From positions 36,595 to 100,594 of the forward strand of contig CBDCGI010000001.1 in NCBI GenBank assembly GCA_965216725.1: a stretch of 64,000 nt of DNA, given 5' to 3'. Made by a program: the position numbers and the translations under genes. Within the stretch, counting starts at the first letter, position 1; each line of letters starts with the position of its first letter. This document shows, piece after piece, positions 14,309 to 22,575 of the stretch. The notes beneath the pieces are model-generated. The model was not told the origin of the DNA. It saw nothing but the letters and a program-made list of their open reading frames with translations, and made no database searches. The DNA is from Acidimicrobiia bacterium (GTDB lineage: Bacteria; Actinomycetota; Acidimicrobiia; Spongiisociales; ZC4RG35).

Positions 14309-15343
14309 GTGGATGACAGGGATTGGTCGAAACCCGGTGAACCAGATGATTTGAGTGACCTGCCGAAGGTCGAGCTTCACGTTCACCTGGGCGGGACCAT
14401 CAACGAGACCACCGCCTCGGACCTGGCGCGTCGTCACGGCCTGGAACCCTCCGAGGTGCTCCGACTCGAGGAAGGCCGATATCCAGGGACATACCGGGAT
14501 TTTCCTCACTTCCTTGACGCGTTTCTCGCTTCCAACTCGCTTGTGCAGACTCCCGACGACCTGTATCTGGTCGCCCACCAGTTTGCCCGTCGCCAGGCTG
14601 GGGAGCGGATCGTTTGGTCCGAGGTGCTGTTCACCGCGATGAATTACGTGCGTAACGGATTGGAGCCGAAGGCCATGTGGGATGCGCTCAAGGCAGGATT
14701 GAATGAAGGTGCCGGAGACGACGTCCGGATCGGAGTCGTAGTGGATGCGATCAGGGATTTCGGCCGGGAGGAGGCGGAGGCGACGATCCGGTTGGTCGAG
14801 TCAGCGGAAGCACCAATCGTTGGTCTTTGTCTCACCGGAATCGAGGGCACAGTCCCAACATCGGAATTCTCGGTGCTCACCGACGCCCGCAACGCCATGG
14901 GGTTGGGTCTGCAGGTGCATGCCGGGGAAACGGGACCTCCTTCAAGCGTCACTGAAGCTCTCGACATCCTCCAGGCGGATCGAATTGGACATGGTGTAGC
15001 GGCGGACCGCGATCCCAACCTGCTGGCGCGGCTTGTCCGAGAGCAGGTGCCGCTTGACGTGTGTCCAACATCAAACGTGGCGATCCTCCCCGAATATCCC
15101 TCCTTTGATGACCATCCTGTGGCTCGTTTCTGGGGAGCCGGTGTGAACTTCACCGTTTCCTCTGACGATCCGCCGTTCTTTGCGACGACTCTCACCGATG
15201 AGCTGCATCTGGTCGCCCGTCTGGCCCGTCTCAGCCGAGAGGACCTGTTAGAGCTTCAGAGGCGCGCTGTCTCCAACTCTTTCGCATCCAGTGACACAAA
15301 GGATTGGTGCTTCAGGCAGATCGATGCCGTTGACGCTCCCTAG
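14309..15343 (+). CDS. add: Adenosine/adenine deaminase family protein
   Basis: LPKVELHVHLGG, VHAGE, RIGHG, CPTSN, SSDDPPFF. Confidence 0.88.
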   Translation: MDDRDWSKPGEPDDLSDLPKVELHVHLGGTINETTASDLARRHGLEPSEVLRLEEGRYPGTYRDFPHFLDAFLASNSLVQTPDDLYLVAHQFARRQAGERIVWSEVLFTAMNYVRNGLEPKAMWDALKAGLNEGAGDDVRIGVVVDAIRDFGREEAEATIRLVESAEAPIVGLCLTGIEGTVPTSEFSVLTDARNAMGLGLQVHAGETGPPSSVTEALDILQADRIGHGVAADRDPNLLARLVREQVPLDVCPTSNVAILPEYPSFDDHPVARFWGAGVNFTVSSDDPPFFATTLTDELHLVARLARLSREDLLELQRRAVSNSFASSDTKDWCFRQIDAVDAP

Positions 15344-15412
15344 CCAGGAGACTGGACCTATGCAGGACTGTTGAGCCCTTGTCCTATCCGGCAGAAAGGC
15401 GTTGCCACCGAA

Positions 15413-15706
15413 TCAGGTGGGGCCGATCAGGATGCGGATGTGGGCTGTATCACCCGGATCCACCCGCTCTGCTTGGCGAATCTCCTTCTTGATCGGTAGC
15501 ACGAACGAGCCGGACGCCTTGTCGGGGAAGATGGAAGTTCTCCAGGTGCTGTCGCCGATGGTCGATTCCACCTTGACCGACCCAAAACCGCGGCGCTCCG
15601 TTACGTAGTCGTCGATCTCGTCGGCCAGGTTCTTGGGAAGGGTTACGAAGACCCAAGGCGCCTCGCCCTCGTATTCCCAAAGCCGACCGGTGAATTCCAA
15701 TTCCAT
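15413..15706 (-). CDS. DUF1905-family protein
   Basis: WVFVTLP...RGFGSVKV..IG...WRTSIFP...FVLPIKK pattern. Confidence 0.75.
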   Translation of the reverse strand: MELEFTGRLWEYEGEAPWVFVTLPKNLADEIDDYVTERRGFGSVKVESTIGDSTWRTSIFPDKASGSFVLPIKKEIRQAERVDPGDTAHIRILIGPT

Positions 15707-15804
15707 CAGCGCAACGCTAGAGGTCGCTGATCAGATTCTGATAGGGGGCCGACAGAACGTGCCGGGTGCGGACTGACAATGGGTGAGTTGCTACGTTTGA
15801 TTCG

Positions 15805-16742
15805 GTGCCTGGAGAGCCACCTTCGGGGAGAGCCGCCACTTGGGATGAGTTTGGTGAGCGGATGGCGATTCTCTTCGGATCGGAGGGGGAGGCCTATCGC
15901 AGTTACGTACCCCAGCCGAGCGACGTGATCATTTTCCCCTTTCGCCAAGGGCGGCACCACCTGGTTGCAGCAGATCGTTCACAGTCTCCGCACCGGTGGC
16001 GATATGGATTTCGACGACATCTACGAAGTGGTGCCATTCATCGATATCGCCCCGAATATCGGCGTCGACCTAGACGCCCCGCAGAAGGCGCATCCCAGGG
16101 TCTTCAAATCGCACCATGGGTGGGATGCAGTGCCGTAAGGCTGTCGTTACATCGTTTCCTTCCGAGACCCACAAGACGCGGTCGTTTCCTTCTATCACTT
16201 CATGACCGGTTGGATCATCGAACCGGGCGCGATTCCCATCGACGAATTCGTGCGCCATCGAGCGCTGGATCGTGAACACGGAACCGACTACTGGCGCCAT
16301 CTCTCATCCTGGTTGCTTCAGAAGGACAACCCGGATGTTCTTCTGCTCACCTTCGAGCAGATGAAGGATGACCTGGAAGGCGTAGTAGACGGCATCGCAG
16401 CTTTCCTTGGCATTGAAGACGAAGCCATGGTCGAAGTCGGTGTCAGACACTCGACTTTTGAGTTCATGTCGGCACATCCAGAACCGTTTGCTGAACCCCT
16501 CACCCAAGCCTTCATGGCAAAAGCGGCAGGGATTCCTATGGATGGCGGGACGGGGCAAAGTACGCACAGGAAGAGTTGGCGCCAACCGACGGGAGCTCTC
16601 ACCAGATATCCGCCAACGGCTTGACGAAGTGTGGAGCCAGACAATCGCGCCCGATTTTGGCTACGACACCTACAACGACCTCGACGCCGCGATCCGAAGG
16701 ACGTCTTCTCAGAGGCAGTTAACCGACCTCACACCGCGTTAG
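15805..16742 (+). pseudogene. Sulfotransferase, disrupted by two frameshifts and an in-frame TAA
   Basis: PAPS loop (F)AKGGTTW after a frameshift near 15935; FKSH; TAA at 16136-16138; RDPQDAVVSFYHF; second frameshift near 16550 before KVRTGRVG. Confidence 0.8.
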
Positions 16743-16805
16743 GTGCCGTTTGGGCGCGGTCATCGTGTCCGCCACTTGGTGCTCGATGTTGAGAGATAGG
16801 GTGCG

Positions 16806-17237
16806 GTGATGGAACAGACGATTGCGATGGCGCTCCCAAGTGACGCAGCCTGGAAACACTCCTTCGATGCCACCGAAGGGGGAGGCGGAGATGTCAATGG
16901 GGGCCTTGGACGAGCTGACGCATTTCGAGAGATCATGGAAGCGGCAGGGGCGGCCTCAGATCAGGTCACGGTTGCGATCGTGGTGCATGGCAAGGCTGTC
17001 TTGGACGTTGTGAACGCCACCAGGCACGCCACCGAATTCGAAGGATCGGATCATCCAAACCAAGCACTGGTGCGCCGAATCATCGATTCCGGAGGCGAGA
17101 TTTGGGTCTGCGCCCGGAGTGCCGCTTGGCAGGACGTCGGCGATGGCGATCTGCTTCCCGGAGTTCGTTTTGCGCCATCTGCGATGGTTGCCCACGCCGA
17201 ACTGCAGCGGAGGGGCTTCTCGCTGAACCCATATTGA
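16806..17237 (+). CDS. DsrE-family protein (possibly N-terminally degenerate)
   Basis: AIVVHGKA...IWVCARS...LLPGV..APSAMVAHAELQRRGF pattern. Confidence 0.7.
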   Translation: MMEQTIAMALPSDAAWKHSFDATEGGGGDVNGGLGRADAFREIMEAAGAASDQVTVAIVVHGKAVLDVVNATRHATEFEGSDHPNQALVRRIIDSGGEIWVCARSAAWQDVGDGDLLPGVRFAPSAMVAHAELQRRGFSLNPY

Positions 17238-17286
17238 CCAACCCAGCCGTGCGGATGAGGTTTGCAGCGTGTCGCTTCGTCGGGAT

Positions 17287-18147
17287 CTACTGGGCGGCCA
17301 GGAACTTGATGGCGGTTGTGGTGAAGTCGTCGGCGTCTTCGATGAAGCAGTGGTGGGAACTGTTCTCGAACACCTTTATCGCTGAGTTTGGGGTCAGCGA
17401 CGCATAGAACTCGGTGGTTTGCGGCGTGGCGGAGTCGTAGCGACCACAGAGGTAGAGGACTGGCACGTTGAGGCGTGGGAGATCGTCGGCGCGTTCGTAA
17501 TCCTTGAGCGGTCCAGTAGGGGTAAATTCGTTTGGCCCCCACATCGTCGTGTAGACCTGAGGTCCGAAGCCTTCCCTGGCGCGTTTCACCGGTTCGGGGT
17601 CTTCTCGAATCCGCAGAAAGTGACGGCTCATGTACTCGGCCGTGAGCCTCTCGACCTCCTCCGCACTGGCGTGTGGATCGGCGTGAATCTCTCTGAGCTC
17701 CGGGGTGAATGCTGAGATGAGCCGTTCGCTGTCATCTTCCCAGCGGCTGGCGCTGAGAGCGGGGCTCACGAGAATCATCGATCGTATGGATTGTGGGCGG
17801 CGGAGGTAGAAGTCGACGGCCAGCATCGTCCCCCACGAGTGGCCGAGCAGGTGGACGTATTCGAAGCCCAAGTGGTCGAGCAGTCGCTCCAGCTCGTCTA
17901 TGAACCGTTCCATTGTCCAAAGACTGGGGTCGTCAGGTCGGTCTGAGTTGCCGCAACCCAACTGGTCGTAGAAGACAAGCCTTCTGCCCGACGCCAGCCC
18001 TTCAAGGGGTTGAAGAGACGCCGACGGGTACCCCGGACCTCCATGCAAGGTAACCAAAGGCGGACCATCGCCATCTCCCACCAGCCGGTACCAGACCGAC
18101 CCGCCTCTAACTTCAATCCGACCTTCCACGACATCATTGGCCAACAT
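17287..18147 (-). CDS. Proline iminopeptidase-family alpha/beta hydrolase
   Basis: LHGGPG, YDQLGCGNS, GHSWG nucleophile, MWGPNEF, SSHH. Confidence 0.88.
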   Translation of the reverse strand: MLANDVVEGRIEVRGGSVWYRLVGDGDGPPLVTLHGGPGYPSASLQPLEGLASGRRLVFYDQLGCGNSDRPDDPSLWTMERFIDELERLLDHLGFEYVHLLGHSWGTMLAVDFYLRRPQSIRSMILVSPALSASRWEDDSERLISAFTPELREIHADPHASAEEVERLTAEYMSRHFLRIREDPEPVKRAREGFGPQVYTTMWGPNEFTPTGPLKDYERADDLPRLNVPVLYLCGRYDSATPQTTEFYASLTPNSAIKVFENSSHHCFIEDADDFTTTAIKFLAAQ

Positions 18148-18240
18148 GGAGAAGAAATCTACGCGAACAAGCTTTGGGCGGAGCTGAGCCCATACGAGGG
18201 GAGGCTCATAATGGGCCGTTGTCCTCTGGCAAATCCTCGA

Positions 18241-19206
18241 ATGGTGCCTAGCCTGAGTAGCCAATTGCCACAGGGAGGACCGATTCTGGATTCCGGAAGC
18301 CACAGCACGAGCTCACAAACCGTCGACGGCGCCGATGAATCAATCAGCCTCGACGATCCCCAGGCTGAGCTTGAGCGCCTTCGAGAAGAGAACGAACGTC
18401 TCAGGAAAGAGCGAGACAAGCTCGGCGAATCTGTCGCCAAGGATCAGTCACTTCGTCCCTACCAGGTCGAGCTTCTCAAGCTGCAACGACACCTCGAGGC
18501 GACCCAGACTCCGATGATGGTGCTCTTCGAGGGACGTGATGCTTCAGGTAAAGGCGGGACGATTCGCCGGGTGGATCGCTATCTGAACGAGAAGCGAGCA
18601 AGGGTGGTGGCTCTCGGCAAGCCCACCGAGGCACACCGGACTCAGTGGTACTTCCAAAGGTATGTCGAGCATTTCCCCGCCGGTGGAGAGATCGTCCTCT
18701 TCGACCGGTCGTGGTACAACCGTGCCCTCGTCGAGCCGGTCTTTGGCTTCTGCACCAAAGGGGAATATCGAGATTTTCTCAAAGGAGTTGTTGGTTTCGA
18801 GAAAGACCTTGTCCGCCAGGGAACGGTGCTGGTAAAGCTCTACTTCAGCGTGGACAAGGAGACCCAGGCGAAACGATTCGCTCGCCGCAGAGACGATCCC
18901 CTCCGGCAGTGGAAACTGAGCGAGATCGATGTACAAGCTCAGGATCTTTGGGACGACTTCACCGAGATGAAACATCGGATGCTGGAACGCACATCGACGG
19001 GGTCGGCTCCGTGGACCATCATCCGTTCCAACTCGAAGCCCAGGGCGCGCATCAACGCCATGAAGGTGATCCTCAACGCCGTCAACTACGTGGGACGGGA
19101 CCCTGAACTGGACTTCACCCCGGATCCTGAGATCGTCATCTCAGGCGAAGATGAGCTGAAGAGGATGGACGAGGAGCGCGATCGGTTGGGCAGGCCGGCT
19201 CGCTAG
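18241..19206 (+). CDS. ppk2: Polyphosphate kinase 2 (class I-like); start uncertain
   Basis: FEGRDASGKGG Walker A, WYFQRY, FDRSWYNRA, WKLSEID. Confidence 0.9.
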   Translation: MVPSLSSQLPQGGPILDSGSHSTSSQTVDGADESISLDDPQAELERLREENERLRKERDKLGESVAKDQSLRPYQVELLKLQRHLEATQTPMMVLFEGRDASGKGGTIRRVDRYLNEKRARVVALGKPTEAHRTQWYFQRYVEHFPAGGEIVLFDRSWYNRALVEPVFGFCTKGEYRDFLKGVVGFEKDLVRQGTVLVKLYFSVDKETQAKRFARRRDDPLRQWKLSEIDVQAQDLWDDFTEMKHRMLERTSTGSAPWTIIRSNSKPRARINAMKVILNAVNYVGRDPELDFTPDPEIVISGEDELKRMDEERDRLGRPAR

Positions 19207-19453
19207 TCAAAGAGTCGTAGCCCTACGTTTGCGTAGTGGCGAGACTCGTAGAAACCGTGTCCGAGGCTGCTACCCACCACATGGTGATCTTCACCTCCTT
19301 CATCGACTCCGCATCTAACGAAGATCGGCCCGGTGGAGACGCCGAAGGACGGCCCTGGCAACGGCTGACGCACGGATTTCTGCTCGGTTAACCATCTGGG
19401 CCCAGCGGTTCATTCGCCTTGACCAGGCTCGGTCGGACGCCGATGCATGATCC

Positions 19454-19873
19454 ATGGTGGTTGTCTCCAAATCGCTGAGACGCACCGCTTCACGGTCGTC
19501 GGGTCGCGGCCGCCTGGAGCGGACGCTTCTCCATGCCGAGCGTCGACTGGTCGATCCCGAAACCGCGTTCACTCCCGAACTGCTGGAGCAGACGCTGCAT
19601 CCTGACTACGTGGAGACCGGAAGCACGGGCAACGTCTATAGCCGAGAGAAAATCATGGAGATGATGCTCACCGCCGACCACGGCGGCGTGGTGATTCGCG
19701 ACTTCCGTGCCCATTCGTTGGCTGAAGACATCGCCTTTGTCACATATCGATCCATCGGAACCAGCGGCCAGGAGGCGAGACGCACCTCCATCTGGGTTCG
19801 CGACGGCGAGTCGTGGCGGATTCGATATCACCAGGGGACTCGCATTCCCAACAGTTGGGGCCACGTCAGCTGA
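19454..19873 (+). CDS. NTF2-like DUF4440 protein
   Basis: LHPDYVETGSTG...RRTSIWVR...WRIRYHQGT pattern. Confidence 0.75.
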   Translation: MVVVSKSLRRTASRSSGRGRLERTLLHAERRLVDPETAFTPELLEQTLHPDYVETGSTGNVYSREKIMEMMLTADHGGVVIRDFRAHSLAEDIAFVTYRSIGTSGQEARRTSIWVRDGESWRIRYHQGTRIPNSWGHVS

Positions 19874-19929
19874 GTCGAACTGAACGGGACGGGTTGCAAC
19901 CCCTGGGCGCACCCACCCGAGACCTCGCT

Positions 19930-20142
19930 CTATCCCGGCGACGGGATATCGGGCAAGAAGAAGGCCCCTCCGGGTGAATCCCCAGGACCACTTCCGTCGA
20001 GCTCATATCCGGCCGCGGCCCAATCCGAGACTCCTCCTGCATAGCGCCGAACGTCGTTGTAGCCCGCCTCCTTGAGCCAGCGGTAGGCGTATTGACTGGC
20101 CACACAGGCGGGGTCGGTGCAATAGACCACGATTTCGTCGTC
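19930..20142 (-). pseudogene. Rhodanese-domain gene, 3' half (interrupted by IS)
   Basis: DDEIVVYCTDPACVAS...GYNDVRRYAGGVSDW; rejoins the 5' half in frame when the IS and one TSD copy are removed. Confidence 0.9.
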
Positions 20143-20154
20143 GGTAATTATCCC

Positions 20155-20183
20155 TTGACTGTAGAAGCGTTTTCCTATACAGT
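20155..20183 (+). promoter_or_regulatory. Transposase promoter (leaderless); -35 lies inside the left TIR
   Basis: TTGACT-17 nt-TACAGT, with ATG 6 nt downstream. Confidence 0.6.
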
Positions 20184-20189
20184 GAGGGT

Positions 20190-21128
20190 ATGCCTCCCGC
20201 TGACAGGAAGAACCCCCAAAGAGCCAAATCGTCTGATTCACAGTATTCGCTGATGGAGTTCATGCGGGACTTCCCCGACGACGACACCTGCTTGGAGTGG
20301 TTGTGGAACACCCGCCACGCCATTGACGGGGATAAGGCGTACTGCCCCAAATGTGAAGACAAGACCACGTTCAAGAAGTACTCGACTTCTCAGCAGCGTC
20401 AGTCGTGGACATGCACCAAATGCGGCCACCATTTGCATCCGACCGCGGGGACGATCTTCCACAAGTCCTCAACATCACTCCATCTCTGGTTCTACGCCAT
20501 GTATCTCATGTCGAGTACACGCTGCGGTATCTCGGCCAAACAACTAGAGCGAGAACTAGGCGTCACATACAAGACCGCATGGCGCATCTTCCATCTGATC
20601 CGGAATGAACTGATGGACCAGGACGACGACCAATTCACAGGAGAGGTCGAAGCCGACGAAACATACGTCGGTGGCAAGCCCCGCGGCGGCAAGGGCAACC
20701 CAGGCCGTCCCGGTGCATCAAGTAAGAAGGTTCCCGTATTCGGAATCGTGGAACGCGGAGGGAAGGTCACCGCCATGACCGTTCCCAACGTCACCGCAGG
20801 AACCCTCCTAGGGCAAATCGAGAAGAAGGTTCTCCCCGAAACGATGGTCTACACCGACGAATACCCCTCCTACGGCCGGCTGTCGGATCGTGGCTTCCGC
20901 CATGAGCGGATACGTCATAAGGAAGGCGTCTACGTGAGTGGAGAAGTACACACCAACACGATTGAGGGCTTCTGGTCGCTGTTCAAGAACGGCTTGCGCG
21001 GTGTCTACCACTCAGTCTCAGCCAAGCATCTACAGGGCTATCTGAATGAGTATGTGTGGCGGTACAACCACCGCGACGACGACGCTGCCATGTTCTTGAA
21101 CATGATCCTCAGAGCAGCGAAGGCGTGA
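20190..21128 (+). CDS. IS1595-family DDE transposase
   Basis: Zn ribbon CPKC...CTKC, HTH (ISAKQLERELGVTYKTAW), EADETY, YTDE, HTNTIEGFW, YLNEYVWRYNHR. Confidence 0.95.
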   Translation: MPPADRKNPQRAKSSDSQYSLMEFMRDFPDDDTCLEWLWNTRHAIDGDKAYCPKCEDKTTFKKYSTSQQRQSWTCTKCGHHLHPTAGTIFHKSSTSLHLWFYAMYLMSSTRCGISAKQLERELGVTYKTAWRIFHLIRNELMDQDDDQFTGEVEADETYVGGKPRGGKGNPGRPGASSKKVPVFGIVERGGKVTAMTVPNVTAGTLLGQIEKKVLPETMVYTDEYPSYGRLSDRGFRHERIRHKEGVYVSGEVHTNTIEGFWSLFKNGLRGVYHSVSAKHLQGYLNEYVWRYNHRDDDAAMFLNMILRAAKA

Positions 21129-21324
21129 GTTTGCGAGCAAGTTTGTGGTCGCGAGCTACACAGCTTCAGTTGCGTGTTATATAATGCGATAACAACAAGG
21201 TCACATAACGCGAGAGCGTGAGTGAGCACCGACAGCTGGCAAGCCGTACTGTAAGAATGAAATCGAGCTTGTCTCGCCCAAAGGTAACGATGGGTGAATG
21301 TGGCTACAGCGGTGATGCTTAGAA

Positions 21325-21356
21325 AGAGAAGGGCAAGGGTTTCCTTGCCCTTCTCT
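21325..21356 (-). terminator. Strong hairpin terminator immediately 3' of the cargo tRNA
   Basis: AGAGAAGGGCAAGG-GTTT-CCTTGCCCTTCTCT, a 14-bp perfect stem. Confidence 0.75.
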
Positions 21357-21361
21357 CATTG

Positions 21362-21449
21362 CGGAGCGTGTGGGATTCGAACCCGACGGGACCTGTAAGA
21401 GTCCAAGCGATTTTAAGTCGCCCGCCTTAGACCACTCAGCCAACGCTCC
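21362..21449 (-). tRNA. Atypical tRNA: serine-type body with UAA (Leu) anticodon
   Basis: GGAGCGT TG GCTGAGTGGTCTAAGGC G GGCGA CTTAAAA TCGCT T GGACT CTTACA GGTCC C GT(C)GGG TTCGAAT CCCAC ACGCTCC G; anticodon TAA at 21415-21413; G73; long variable arm; one bulged C in the T-stem. Confidence 0.88.
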
Positions 21450-21455
21450 ATCGCA

Positions 21456-21596
21456 TCACTCTTCCTCAGCCTGGTCTGACGTGGCGATCTTCTCGAAATC
21501 AGTCATGATCTGCGACTTGATCGGCACAGGGATCTCTACCGGGTCGCCCGTCTTGGGCTGCGTCTTCTGAGTGTTTTCGTCCTGTGTCTGATTCAC
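21456..21596 (-). CDS. 46-aa micro-ORF (not in the ORF track), probably leaderless and cotranscribed with the tRNA
   Basis: GTG...TGA encoding MNQTQDENTQKTQPKTGDPVEIPVPIKSQIMTDFEKIATSDQAEEE; TAGGCT -10-like box 7 nt upstream; stop 6 nt before the tRNA 5' end. Confidence 0.55.
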   Translation of the reverse strand: MNQTQDENTQKTQPKTGDPVEIPVPIKSQIMTDFEKIATSDQAEEE

Positions 21597-21739
21597 GTCG
21601 ATCAGCCTATCGGTCGATGATGTCTGTACACTGTTCGATGTGAGGGCCGGGGGATCATCCCGACCCTCGACACCGGTTTAACGCCCTACCGCCGCCTGGA
21701 GCTACCAAGGTTCTTCTGACGACGGGGCTCAGTCACTGC

Positions 21740-22426
21740 TCACGACGAAACCTCCTGCTTCGGGACACCTAGAACCCGTTCGATACGATCCAACAATTCG
21801 GGATCGGGTTTCCCGTTGGATTCCTCAGCCAGGCCCATCAACAGATCTAGATACCGCTCCTTTGCCGATGACATTGCTGGCGCAAACTGTGGTTGTGGTG
21901 TCGTCTTGGGCTTGGACTTCTCAGGGTTCTCAGCCTTTGGCCGAGGCGCCGATCCAATAGGGGTCTTGGACATACCTCGAGGTTTGTTTGGGATCTCATC
22001 GATGAAGCCCGCTGCGCGAGCAAGGTGTAGGAACAGACGAACCATCTTTTGACGCTGGCCCTCAGGTGTGTAGGTCCGAAAAGCATCCTCGATGGTGTCG
22101 AGGTCGTCGGTTGGCGAAATGAAATTGAGAACCGGCTTATATGCTTCTTGGAACCACTCCGCGAGCGTCGCTTGTAGTTGGTCGGAGCGCTCCTCCTTGA
22201 TCTTCACCAGTGTTGGCGTTGCTCTTTGGGTGTCGGGGTCCACCAGGTCCAACTGTTCCAAAGCGCGGAGCACACGACGAGCGTAGGACTCGCCTATGGC
22301 AGGAATCCGACCAATGTAATCCTGTTCAACGGGGTCGGGAATGCCACGCTCTCGAACGTGCTGTATGAACGCCATGACTCCTGAGCCAGGTGCGTATGGG
22401 GCTGGTCCTTTGTCGGGTATCGGCAT
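21740..22426 (-). CDS. DUF5343-like protein (IS passenger)
   Basis: PYAP...ARRVLRALEQLDLVD...T......L...F.EAY......AF...KMVRLFLHLARAAG pattern resembles DUF5343 (from memory); RBS AAAGGA. Confidence 0.7.
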   Translation of the reverse strand: MPIPDKGPAPYAPGSGVMAFIQHVRERGIPDPVEQDYIGRIPAIGESYARRVLRALEQLDLVDPDTQRATPTLVKIKEERSDQLQATLAEWFQEAYKPVLNFISPTDDLDTIEDAFRTYTPEGQRQKMVRLFLHLARAAGFIDEIPNKPRGMSKTPIGSAPRPKAENPEKSKPKTTPQPQFAPAMSSAKERYLDLLMGLAEESNGKPDPELLDRIERVLGVPKQEVSS

Positions 22427-22440
22427 GGTCTTGTCCTTTA

Positions 22441-22509
22441 GGTTTAGTACTTACAACGATGTAGTTCGGAAACTTTAGACCACTATCCGAACACGGTCAA
22501 CCCTAAACC
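22441..22509 (-). promoter_or_regulatory. Sigma70-type promoter of the DUF5343-like gene with an operator-like palindrome
   Basis: Minus-strand TTGACC (22500-22495)-17 nt-TAAAGT (22477-22472); inverted repeats GTTCGGA (22464-22470)/TCCGAAC (22486-22492) and GGTTTAG/CTAAACC. Confidence 0.6.
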
Positions 22510-22575
22510 GTTCGCGCCTCGTACGCCGTTCCAAGATTTCCGGAGTTCGCCCGAGAAGATGGGTAGAAAACCACT

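Noticed and set aside
19930-20241. 103-aa ORF as an intact gene (likewise 22762-23211)
   Set aside because: Chimeras of IS-end sequence and halves of the split rhodanese
21362-21449. Ordinary tRNA-Leu(UAA)/bldA
   Set aside because: The anticodon says Leu, but G73, G15:C48, the GGA acceptor start and the variable-arm geometry are serine-type; the gene is inside an IS rather than in the core genome
21362-21449. 8/4 or 9/3 allo-tRNA or tRNA-Sec geometry
   Set aside because: The acceptor stem cannot be extended beyond 7 bp (next pairs are T-C and G-A); the best fold is 7/5 with one bulge; the anticodon is not UCA
21201-21570. ORFs 21201-21443(-) and 21370-21570(+)
   Set aside because: They are translations of the tRNA and its terminator (MAEWSKA..., GFEP...), a typical tRNA shadow
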